A program made the position numbers and the translations under genes. Below are positions 9,374-17,758 of a DNA stretch of 64,000 bases, one piece after another (position 1 is the first letter of the stretch; each line of letters starts with the position of its first letter). The DNA is from a virus: IMG/VR virus record IMGVR_UViG_3300020404_000006; one strand, 5' to 3'. The notes beneath the pieces were generated by a model. The model had not been told where the DNA came from, made no database searches, and was given only the letters and a program-made list of their open reading frames with translations.

Positions 9374-9886
9374 ATGAAAAGATTTTTACCTATAATTATG
9401 CTTTTGATGGCGGCTCCCATGGCAGCGAGGGCCGATTTGATTCACAGATTGACTACGAGTACCCAACTCAGTGTTGACGGCGCAGCGACTCAGGCTACAA
9501 GAATTGGCTCAACTTATAGCGTAAGCGGTAACAATATCACCGCTGGTACTATGGGTGGACTCACCAAGTCAGCTGGAGATACAATTACAACTGCGGCGGC
9601 TAGTCAGACTCAAGGTTCTTACTCAGTTACTACTGCTGGCAGTGCCTTCAGCCTAACAGAATCATTTATTCTAGGCGATGCAGTAAATCCAATAGGAACT
9701 GGTGTTGACGTATCTGCTGGTATTGTTGCTGACATGCCTGCATATGGTAGTGTAGTAACACAAAGTGGCGGCGTGGCAGGCAGTCTTGCTGGCACGATTA
9801 CCTCAGCGGGCGTTATGACGCTAACAGCTGGAGGCGCAGGCACTAGTGCTACTGGCCAATTCGTTTCAGAAATTTCGATAGATTGA
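9374..9886 (+). CDS. Exported beta-rich protein (signal peptide)
   Basis: MKRFLPIIMLLMAAPMAARA|D Sec-type signal with AxA site; Thr/Ser/Gly-rich. Confidence 0.85.
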   Translation: MKRFLPIIMLLMAAPMAARADLIHRLTTSTQLSVDGAATQATRIGSTYSVSGNNITAGTMGGLTKSAGDTITTAAASQTQGSYSVTTAGSAFSLTESFILGDAVNPIGTGVDVSAGIVADMPAYGSVVTQSGGVAGSLAGTITSAGVMTLTAGGAGTSATGQFVSEISID

Positions 9887-9895
9887 ACATGACTA

Positions 9896-10381
9896 ATGAA
9901 GAAACTTCTTGCGACATTTGTGGTTGCACTTGCCCTTGCGAATGTGAGGACTGCGAAGGCTGTGCCTGTGGTCCCTAATTTCCAACAGGGCAGCATGACA
10001 TCTCGGACCGAAACGACTTCGACAGTGACCGAGACCATAAATTCAATCGATATGAGGACAGGATGGGAGTACAGCGTGACGGGCACAGGGGTCTCCAACA
10101 ATGGAGAAGCCCTCAACCCACCAGTGAATACATCAACGGTGAATGTGACACCGAGCAGTTCAGCGGGTGCAACAGGAGGAGCAGTGGTGACAGGAACAGT
10201 AACAAGTTCCTTCGACTCCTTAGACTTCTCCAACCCAAGCAGCTTTACAATAACAAATCCAGGCGGAGCTTTCCAATTTACACAGAGCTACCAAGGGCCT
10301 GGCATGACCAATCAGACAATAATACAGAGAGTCACCACCATAGAAAGCGTGACCGACACAACTTCAACGTTTACGCAATAA
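9896..10381 (+). CDS. Exported beta-rich protein (signal peptide), probable paralog of upstream gene
   Basis: MKKLLATFVVALALANVRTAKA|V signal; shares YSV(S/T)G and G.AF..T.S(F/Y) with 9374..9886. Confidence 0.85.
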   Translation: MKKLLATFVVALALANVRTAKAVPVVPNFQQGSMTSRTETTSTVTETINSIDMRTGWEYSVTGTGVSNNGEALNPPVNTSTVNVTPSSSAGATGGAVVTGTVTSSFDSLDFSNPSSFTITNPGGAFQFTQSYQGPGMTNQTIIQRVTTIESVTDTTSTFTQ

Positions 10382-11229
10382 GTACATTAGTACTATCAAT
10401 TATCTCTCCGACGGCGGCATTAGCAGAGAATGTTGGAGGGGTATCAGCTACAGCAAATCCAATCGCGAACAGCTCGGGCAGTGTCACAAATCAAGCTATA
10501 CAGGTGCTACAGGGACCGTATATAACTAATACTTACGGTGGTGGCGTGCAATGTCAAGGTGCTACTGTTAACTTCACACCCTACTTACAATTTGCGGACA
10601 GTAGAAAAGATCCGTGGAGAGATGTAGTAATGGAACCTCAGTATAATACTACTGACTTCACTGGTCGTACCACACAACAAACTGTTACTGTAAAGAACTA
10701 TCCTTGGGAGTCATGGTATGACACAAGGACTAAAGCAGATGGAACTAGATGGTTCCCTGATGGGGAAGACATGGAGATAACAGTAGACGTAGATGGTCCA
10801 GACGGCATACCAGACAATCCTGGCCAAGTGGTCTGGGAGAAACCTGTTCGTACTGACATGACAGCAAACCAGTCATTGAATCTTGGTTTGTCTGCCACCC
10901 TATCCATACCATTGAATAGAAAACTACAAAAGCAATGTATGGAGGCAGCACAACTACAAAACAATATGCAGACTCAACTGATTGCTAACAAGAGATTAGA
11001 TTTTGAACTAGCGAGACTGAAGAATTGTGGCGAATTGAAAAAGAGTGGCATATTTTTCCACCCCAAATCACCCTACTATTCAGTATGTGCTGATGTAGTA
11101 GTTACAAATCCTGGCGGTCAATTACTTCCTCACACACATGATATGCCTGCACCAAATTGGAAAGAAGAAAAGACAAGTAATGACGCAAATGTTCTAGGAA
11201 CATTCTCTATCGGAGACACTAAAGATTAA
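10378..11229 (+). CDS. Exported protein with OEP/TolC-like beta-strand + helix segment; start codon uncertain
   Basis: ORF track begins at 10063 inside the upstream gene; signal-like ISTLVLSIISPTAALA|E begins at ATA 10378; NLGLSATLSIPL followed by a helical segment; Cys pairs. Confidence 0.7.
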   Translation: MSTLVLSIISPTAALAENVGGVSATANPIANSSGSVTNQAIQVLQGPYITNTYGGGVQCQGATVNFTPYLQFADSRKDPWRDVVMEPQYNTTDFTGRTTQQTVTVKNYPWESWYDTRTKADGTRWFPDGEDMEITVDVDGPDGIPDNPGQVVWEKPVRTDMTANQSLNLGLSATLSIPLNRKLQKQCMEAAQLQNNMQTQLIANKRLDFELARLKNCGELKKSGIFFHPKSPYYSVCADVVVTNPGGQLLPHTHDMPAPNWKEEKTSNDANVLGTFSIGDTKD

Positions 11230-11726
11230 TGTTTAGACCGCCATACTGGTCTCATGATAATGTTCAACTCTCTGATAGTATAATAAACAAATTAAAATCC
11301 CGACTGTCAGAGATAGAATTGATTGACAATCATAAAAGTTCTTACTGGATCAATCAAGAGTATGAAGATCAGGCACCAGATAGATTTTTAAATGAAAGAT
11401 ACGATATTATTGTAGAAGATATCGTGAAGAGTGTAGGTGCTTTCAACAAAATGGCATACACATATACATTCTGGTCACAACTATATGATCAGGGTAATAA
11501 TATAGGGGAACATAATCACATTCCCTCAGATATATCTTGGGTTCACTTCGTAGATGTGCCAGATCAAAAGTGCTTTCGTTTTACTGACACCAAAGGGAAC
11601 ACATTAGTTCCTGATGGTCAGAGTAGTGGTGATATAATTTGTTTCCCTTCATGGTTATGGCATGAAACCATACCAACTGATGAACAAAGGTTGATTGTCT
11701 CTGGTAATATAACTTTTACTTACTAG
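11229..11726 (+). CDS. 2OG-Fe(II) oxygenase-like protein
   Basis: HNH..S.ISWVHFV...GDIICFPSWLWHE...RLIVSGN double-stranded beta-helix pattern. Confidence 0.75.
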   Translation: MFRPPYWSHDNVQLSDSIINKLKSRLSEIELIDNHKSSYWINQEYEDQAPDRFLNERYDIIVEDIVKSVGAFNKMAYTYTFWSQLYDQGNNIGEHNHIPSDISWVHFVDVPDQKCFRFTDTKGNTLVPDGQSSGDIICFPSWLWHETIPTDEQRLIVSGNITFTY

Positions 11727-12594
11727 ACTTCTTTAAGTCCTTTATCATATTCTTTCGATCACCAAACCTTAGTTCTGGTAATCCTTTTTGTTTTCTATAC
11801 TTATTAGTTCTTATCTCGGCTGCAGAGAGTTTATTCTCTTTCTTACCTAATGCTTTCTGAACTCTCTTGATAACCTGTTTGACTAAGGGTTTGACAACTC
11901 TCAGTAGTAGAGGTGTTGCAGCTGCCGCTGCAGTAGCCACTATTGCGATTGATGCTGTTGTACTTACCTGATTTGTACTTGGCAAAAATTTCTCAAGAGT
12001 TGTAGTAGGTTCATACAACGTCTCACATATTTTCTGTTTAGGATTATTTGGATCAGTTATCAACTGATGTCCAGTCACCCTCTCGTCTCCTGACGAAGTT
12101 ACATCACCCACTCTAAGTTGATTAGGACCAGGGCACTCAGGATCTTTATAATCTTCTGGAGTATTTGGTCTACTAGTATTGGACTCTGGTGGTGGAGGTG
12201 GATCACCTGTATCGACACCACCTGTAACTTCCTCTGGTTCGCCGTATACTGTAGTCCATGTTAGTTCATTTGCCTGATAGTCAGGTGGTTCATAGTATGG
12301 CATACCACCATCACATAATACTACATTACCTTTAGGGTCATCATTGACCAAATTTTTATTTCTGGATGGATCTCTCTTAGCGTTTTCTTTATTTACCTTG
12401 ACACATCCTGGCATATCTACGACAGGCACTCCTATATTGACAGTTACAGGTGGAGTGTAAGGAACTGCCTGTGGAGGGGTCGCCATCCAAGGTCTAGGAA
12501 TATTTGCAATAGTAAGTGTGCCTGTGTCTATGGGTTGGATAAATCTCAATCCACTCCCATTAATAAAGATCTGTGGGATCTGATTATTTGGCAT
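11716..12594 (-). CDS. Pro-rich protein with C-terminal membrane anchor and basic tail
   Basis: 292 aa; hydrophobic ASIAIVATAAAAATPLLL near C-terminus; four Cys upstream. Confidence 0.8.
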   Translation of the reverse strand: MPNNQIPQIFINGSGLRFIQPIDTGTLTIANIPRPWMATPPQAVPYTPPVTVNIGVPVVDMPGCVKVNKENAKRDPSRNKNLVNDDPKGNVVLCDGGMPYYEPPDYQANELTWTTVYGEPEEVTGGVDTGDPPPPPESNTSRPNTPEDYKDPECPGPNQLRVGDVTSSGDERVTGHQLITDPNNPKQKICETLYEPTTTLEKFLPSTNQVSTTASIAIVATAAAAATPLLLRVVKPLVKQVIKRVQKALGKKENKLSAAEIRTNKYRKQKGLPELRFGDRKNMIKDLKKSSK

Positions 12595-12826
12595 TAGGAA
12601 TCACCAATTTCAATCCCTTAACTTGTCCAGATTGAGTAGGCCATGCTTCAATCAAAGCAGAACGAACTTCTTCTCTAACCACTTCTCTAATTTGTTGCAG
12701 TTGTACTTCCTGTCTCTTTGCAGGACCACCCATCTGTTGATCAATAAGTTGACCTCCACCTACCACTGCACCAGTTCCTACAACTGCTGCTGCGGTTCCA
12801 TAGGTAGCCATTTTTTGTAAGTCCAT
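12584..12826 (-). CDS. Small protein with N-terminal hydrophobic segment and short coiled coil
   Basis: 80 aa; GTAAAVVGTGAVVGGG. Confidence 0.7.
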   Translation of the reverse strand: MDLQKMATYGTAAAVVGTGAVVGGGQLIDQQMGGPAKRQEVQLQQIREVVREEVRSALIEAWPTQSGQVKGLKLVIPNAK

Positions 12827-13071
12827 TAGTGGTATGGGGTATCATCATCTTTAGGTAAACCGAAGTCACCTAATGTATCTAGGAAAGCTCTACGTTGTGC
12901 CCATGTTTGTCCACTAGTAGAACCTTTACATGGGTTAATACACTCCTCAAAGTCTTGCGTGTTACAAACTAACCCTGCAAGATCATGAGGACATCCCTGT
13001 TTACCAGTTGACCAATATAATTGTTCATCTATCCATTTAGCTTCGCACCGTGGGCATGTTCTGATGTTCAT
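12826..13071 (-). CDS. Small Cys-rich protein
   Basis: 81 aa; CPRC...CPHDLAGLVC...CINPC. Confidence 0.7.
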   Translation of the reverse strand: MNIRTCPRCEAKWIDEQLYWSTGKQGCPHDLAGLVCNTQDFEECINPCKGSTSGQTWAQRRAFLDTLGDFGLPKDDDTPYH

Positions 13072-13073
13072 AA

Positions 13074-13280
13074 TTACTCACTATCACAATAAATGTACTG
13101 CTTTTCAAGCATTAGTTTATAGAAATTACTTTTTAAATCTCTTAAACGTTCTTGTTCATATGGATCAGCATTGTTTCCAGGCCATTTTTCTAAATGGAAA
13201 CACAATGATTGGTAGATTTGCTTTACAGACCTATATTCTAGGTCAAAAGCAAACCAAAGTTCTTGTTCTTGGTCCATCAA
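13074..13280 (-). CDS. Hypothetical protein
   Basis: 68-aa ORF abutting neighbours; late-like CTAAATA at 13311-13317. Confidence 0.65.
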   Translation of the reverse strand: MMDQEQELWFAFDLEYRSVKQIYQSLCFHLEKWPGNNADPYEQERLRDLKSNFYKLMLEKQYIYCDSE

Positions 13281-13329
13281 GGTTACTCCCCTTGCGTGAC
13301 TATAAACAACTATTTAGTCTCAGTTGAGA

Positions 13330-13608
13330 CTAAAATGGATTGATAGGCATATCTGGTCTTAATGAAGGTAATGGAGTAGAGTCACCACCTTTGTCTGGTG
13401 CATCTGCTGACATTCCGCCAAGAGCACCTCCGATTCCCCCTAATGCTCCACCACCAAGTCCAGCAGGGAGAACAGATTCCATTACTTTGCCTTTAACATC
13501 TTCGATGATTGCATCCTTATTAACATATAGATACCCAGCAGTACCCACGACGGCGATAGATACAACACCACTAGCAATAGCGATTCCATTTACGATTTTT
13601 TGAAACAT
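13330..13608 (-). CDS. Small membrane protein
   Basis: 92 aa; N-terminal TM (GIAIASGVVSIAVVGTAGYLYV), Gly-rich linker. Confidence 0.75.
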   Translation of the reverse strand: MFQKIVNGIAIASGVVSIAVVGTAGYLYVNKDAIIEDVKGKVMESVLPAGLGGGALGGIGGALGGMSADAPDKGGDSTPLPSLRPDMPINPF

Positions 13609-13610
13609 AA

Positions 13611-14075
13611 TTACATCTCATACTTTTTAGGATCAGTTTCGGTAGTTATTTTTAAAGGTGCTTGTTCGACACGGATGACTTGTGCTGGTGCAGTTTGTGA
13701 TGCCGCAGCAATAAGTTTTTCCATATCTGCCTTAGTTACTCCACTGCCACCACCATTAGCAGTACCGTTACCATTCATCTTCATAGTACCGTCACCTTTC
13801 TTAGATGCGGTCTGGATGCCAAAGCTCGCTAGCACGCCTGTAAAAACTGATGCTATAAATGTCGGATCAATTTTCTGTTGAGGAACGCCTGGAATGGCCA
13901 CATAATTTAAAGTCAAAATTCCGCCGCTCCAAACCAACACGCCAAGACGAACAAATGTACTAATGATAGCAGCCTGCTCATCTTCATCGGGTAAGATTTT
14001 GTCTTTTATTTTTTCGAGAACGCCTTTCGGTTTCTCTTCTTCTTTCTTAGGGGAAGTTTTAACAGATTCTGGCAT
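13611..14075 (-). CDS. Two-TM membrane protein
   Basis: 154 aa; AAIISTFVRLGVLVWSGGILTL and TFIASVFTGVLASFGI hydrophobic segments; charged N-terminus. Confidence 0.8.
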   Translation of the reverse strand: MPESVKTSPKKEEEKPKGVLEKIKDKILPDEDEQAAIISTFVRLGVLVWSGGILTLNYVAIPGVPQQKIDPTFIASVFTGVLASFGIQTASKKGDGTMKMNGNGTANGGGSGVTKADMEKLIAAASQTAPAQVIRVEQAPLKITTETDPKKYEM

Positions 14076-14095
14076 GGTAAAATATTATAACCTTA

Positions 14096-14407
14096 TTATA
14101 TATAAGGATACTTTGTCCTGATCTCTTCGACTTTCGCATCGTAGTCTGCCTGTGTTATCTCGCCTCTTTGCACTTTGAAATACATTGGGTCTGTGACCTC
14201 ACGGAACTCTTGTTCACGCATAAATTTATGGTAAGCATTCTGTTTTTCTTTATCTGTTGTGACTGCAGCTGCATCTACTAACGCTTGATCTATTTCAAAC
14301 GGTGTAGTGTCACTAATATCCCTATCAAATATACCAATATCATCTTGAATTAATAAATTTTTGTCTGGATATGCTGCACGAATAGCTTCGTGATTGTAAG
14401 TTGCCAT
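14096..14407 (-). CDS. Probable tail-fibre assembly/chaperone-type protein
   Basis: Likely start MATYNHE at 14407 abutting fibre stop; C-terminal REVTDPMYFKVQRGEITQADYDAKVEEIRTKYP. Confidence 0.6.
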   Translation of the reverse strand: MATYNHEAIRAAYPDKNLLIQDDIGIFDRDISDTTPFEIDQALVDAAAVTTDKEKQNAYHKFMREQEFREVTDPMYFKVQRGEITQADYDAKVEEIRTKYPYI

Positions 14408-16563
14408 TAAGATTTTACCTCCGTTACGGTGATACGACTCCAAGTTCTTCTACTAGTTGAGTTATCCCCATCAAAGCTATCTCTATTGATATAGTAATCA
14501 TAAGATGATGTAGTTTGGTTTCTAATAATGAACGTGTATGTAACTGTAGAAGTAGTATTTGGTGAATCTAGATATGGGGAGTAAGTAACTTGATCGATTC
14601 TATAGTTAAGGTTACTATACGGTGCAACAGCTGCCATTGATCCTTGTCTATAATTACCATTGTTTGCTGGAACAATATTAGTTGTACCACCACCAGATAT
14701 CGCTCTTCTAATACCATATAAGAAAGCATAATCATATTGGTAAGCGTCTGCAAACATAGCACCTTCAATTAGAATCTTACTACTTGCTTGAGTGGGAGTA
14801 ATACTAACAGAAAATGGAGCTGCTGTCCAACCACTTTGCCAACCAATCACACTAAAACTTGTGGCCGTGCTATATATTGTCTGTTTGCAGAGTGGTCTAG
14901 CATCAACATTAAGACCAGTAATAGCAGCTGCTGGTACATTAGAAAGACCAGCTCCAGATCCATTGAACTGGGTGGCGTATAACTGACCTGTATTGGAATT
15001 GAATGTAAGATTACTTCCAGTATGAGGTGTAACATCACCAGTTGCTGCTTGAGCAAACAAGAGATTACATGAAGTGTCACCAGATTGATCCGTTACGGTA
15101 ACTTTTGTTGCAACATCAGCAGTAGATGCAGTGGTGGCACTCGTTGCATTACCACTGAATGATGATGCCGTGATAATACCAGTTGCATTTATATTTGTGG
15201 GTTGTAAAGTTCCCTGTACTGCATCAAATAGTAAGTTAGTTCCTGTTTTTGCAGCAACATATCCTGATGATTCCCCAGCGAACAATACACTACATGTTGT
15301 ATCTGTAGATTCATCAACAACTGCAATGTTATTTGACCGTGAGGCAGTGGTTGCAGTGCCAGCAGAAGTAGCAGTGTCTGCATTTCCAGCTAAAGGACCA
15401 CTAAATGTTGTTGCAGTTACAACACCAGTAGCGACCATACCAGATCTTGCGGTGATAAGACCGACAGAATCAATATTAGTTACGTCTTCGTATGTTAATG
15501 TTCCACCAATACTTACGTCACCACTGACATTCAATGAAGTTAGAGTGCCTAGTGATGTGATATTTGGTTGTGCTGCGGTGATTACATTTCCAATCAATCC
15601 ACCATGAACATCAGTGATATAAGCAGATGCTACACCAGTTATGACTGTGTTACCATCACCTGTAATATTTCCATTTGGTTTGATGTCCCCAGTAAAGGTT
15701 GAGACACCAGAAACTTCTAATTGATCGTATTGGTTAACAGCGGTTACTGTGACAATACCAGCAGATAGGGGTGATACTGTAGAACCATATCCAAAATTAA
15801 CACTAGCAGCAATACCAATAGGAGTACCGTTATCCCTAATAAGGATACCAGAAGATGCAGCAACAACTCCAGTCAGTTGAGATCCATCACCCTTGAACGT
15901 TCCACTAGCAAGACCAACAACAATATCAGGTGATCCAGTCAGGCCTTGAGAGTTGACTGCAAGAGTGGCGATACCAGCGGTGGTTGCATACCCAGCTACA
16001 GTAGATACACCAGCGAGTTGAGAATAGACTGATCTCTGAGAGTCCGTAGAAAGACCCGCTACGAAAGCATAGTTCCCAAGTCCAGCAGTCTGAGCATACG
16101 CTGCAGCCCCAGTAAGATCACCTATAACGTTGGTGCAAGCAATACTGACTGCAACTATATCCTTGGCTAAGATATCTGGTTGTCCAGATATACCATATGC
16201 AAAAGAAGCATTGACAGATGTGGATGCAGTACCAGTGAGATCACCTGTAACATTACCAGTTACACTTCCTATCAACCCACCACTAAAAGCAGTTGCTACA
16301 ACAACCTCTGGTAAACGATCAGGTGAAAGTAAACCAGAGGTTAAGTTAGTTGCATTTTGATAGTAAGAAGGTAACTGACCACCAAACTTATTAGAGTCAC
16401 TAGAGATACCAGAAGTCTTGGCGAAGCTTACCAAATTAGTCGCATCACCAAATATCGAGTATATCTCGCTAAAGTTTGCGTTTACCTTTACTGCTCCTTG
16501 TCGCAGGGTGTCTCCTGTTCCGTCATTACTGGCAGAACCTACACCAATTTGTTGCTTAGCCAT
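14407..16563 (-). CDS. Tail fibre protein, 718 aa
   Basis: MAKQQIGVGSASNDGTGDTLRQGAVKVNANFSEIY N-terminus; FKGDGSQLTG and GVVTATTF modules; C-terminal ITPTQASSKILI..DSPNTTSTVTY domain; late-like CTAAATA 16587-16593. Confidence 0.85.
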   Translation of the reverse strand: MAKQQIGVGSASNDGTGDTLRQGAVKVNANFSEIYSIFGDATNLVSFAKTSGISSDSNKFGGQLPSYYQNATNLTSGLLSPDRLPEVVVATAFSGGLIGSVTGNVTGDLTGTASTSVNASFAYGISGQPDILAKDIVAVSIACTNVIGDLTGAAAYAQTAGLGNYAFVAGLSTDSQRSVYSQLAGVSTVAGYATTAGIATLAVNSQGLTGSPDIVVGLASGTFKGDGSQLTGVVAASSGILIRDNGTPIGIAASVNFGYGSTVSPLSAGIVTVTAVNQYDQLEVSGVSTFTGDIKPNGNITGDGNTVITGVASAYITDVHGGLIGNVITAAQPNITSLGTLTSLNVSGDVSIGGTLTYEDVTNIDSVGLITARSGMVATGVVTATTFSGPLAGNADTATSAGTATTASRSNNIAVVDESTDTTCSVLFAGESSGYVAAKTGTNLLFDAVQGTLQPTNINATGIITASSFSGNATSATTASTADVATKVTVTDQSGDTSCNLLFAQAATGDVTPHTGSNLTFNSNTGQLYATQFNGSGAGLSNVPAAAITGLNVDARPLCKQTIYSTATSFSVIGWQSGWTAAPFSVSITPTQASSKILIEGAMFADAYQYDYAFLYGIRRAISGGGTTNIVPANNGNYRQGSMAAVAPYSNLNYRIDQVTYSPYLDSPNTTSTVTYTFIIRNQTTSSYDYYINRDSFDGDNSTSRRTWSRITVTEVKS

Positions 16564-16594
16564 TCTTTACAGGACTACTTTTATATTATTTAGT

Positions 16595-17758
16595 CTACAG
16601 TTTGAATCCGCTGAACTGATTCTTCTTGATATCTTGTTTGATACCACCAACAACGTAGGATTCAACCTCTGTTTCCTGTGGTGCAACTTGTAATCCCTTA
16701 GATGAGATCCAGTGTTGTGTCCAAGGCAATGGATTGTTCTTTAATGGTTGATCATAGATTGGATCTAGACCAAGAGCTTTCATTCTCTTGTTAGCAATCC
16801 ACTCAACATATTGATTGAGTAGTTTGTCATTCAAACCTATCATAGAACCACCACTGAACAGATACTCTGCCCATTCCTTCTCTTCTTCAACGGCATTTTT
16901 GAACATGCCTATTACATTACTTCTCTCTTCCTTTGCGATCTGTTGCATTTCTGGATCGTCTCCATCTGCCCACTTCTTAAGAATCTGTTGAGTGAGAACT
17001 AGATGTTGGTTTTCATCCCTACTGATAAGGCTGATGATCTTTGCCGATCCTTCCATAAGCTTAAGTTCTCCAAAAGCAAACGAGCACGCGAAGGAGACAT
17101 AGAACCTAATTCCTTCCAAGATATTGACATTTGCGATTGCTCGATAGAGTTTCCTTTTGAGTTCATGAATTGTCCATTGTGATGAAGGTGAATCCTTCCA
17201 ATCTTTTTCCCACATACGTCCCTGATCCCATTCGTGGGCATCATTTATAAAGTCGTCGTAGGCTGCTGTTACAGAGTTTGCTCTCTTTAAAATCTTTTCA
17301 TCATCTAGAATCGTGTCAAAGACTTCTGATGGATTCGGATACACGTTCTTGATAATATATGTATAGGATCTAGAATGTATCATCTCCATAAATTGCCACA
17401 CATTCATAGCACCTTCCAGTTCAGGCAAGGCACAATATGGTGCAAAAGCCATGCCAGGACCACGACCTTGTACAGAATCTAAAAGAATTTGGTATTTTAG
17501 ATTGGATGTAAAGATGTGTTTCTGTTCTGGTCTTAGTGATTGATAGTCAGCTCGGTCTTTTTGTAGAGACACCTCCTCTGGTCTCCAGAAATATCCTAGC
17601 ATTTGAGTTGTTAGTTTATCAAACACTGGATACTTATACTCATCATATCTTTGAACTCCAAGTGGAGCACCAAAGAACATTGGTTGAGTCTTAGTGTCTA
17701 CATGCTGTTTGTTAAAAACAGTCATTCTTTCTACTTTTTTAGATGGTGCAACTGTCAC
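16595..17758 (-). CDS. nrdB: Ribonucleotide reductase class Ia beta subunit
   Basis: FWRPEEV, LLDSVQ, EMIHSRSY (radical Tyr), LEGIRFY, RDENQH di-iron motifs. Confidence 0.97.
   Translation of the reverse strand: MTVAPSKKVERMTVFNKQHVDTKTQPMFFGAPLGVQRYDEYKYPVFDKLTTQMLGYFWRPEEVSLQKDRADYQSLRPEQKHIFTSNLKYQILLDSVQGRGPGMAFAPYCALPELEGAMNVWQFMEMIHSRSYTYIIKNVYPNPSEVFDTILDDEKILKRANSVTAAYDDFINDAHEWDQGRMWEKDWKDSPSSQWTIHELKRKLYRAIANVNILEGIRFYVSFACSFAFGELKLMEGSAKIISLISRDENQHLVLTQQILKKWADGDDPEMQQIAKEERSNVIGMFKNAVEEEKEWAEYLFSGGSMIGLNDKLLNQYVEWIANKRMKALGLDPIYDQPLKNNPLPWTQHWISSKGLQVAPQETEVESYVVGGIKQDIKKNQFSGFKL

Noticed and set aside
9619-10233. 204-aa minus-strand ORF
   Set aside because: Fully antisense to two signal-peptide genes with a late promoter; composition mirrors the sense codons
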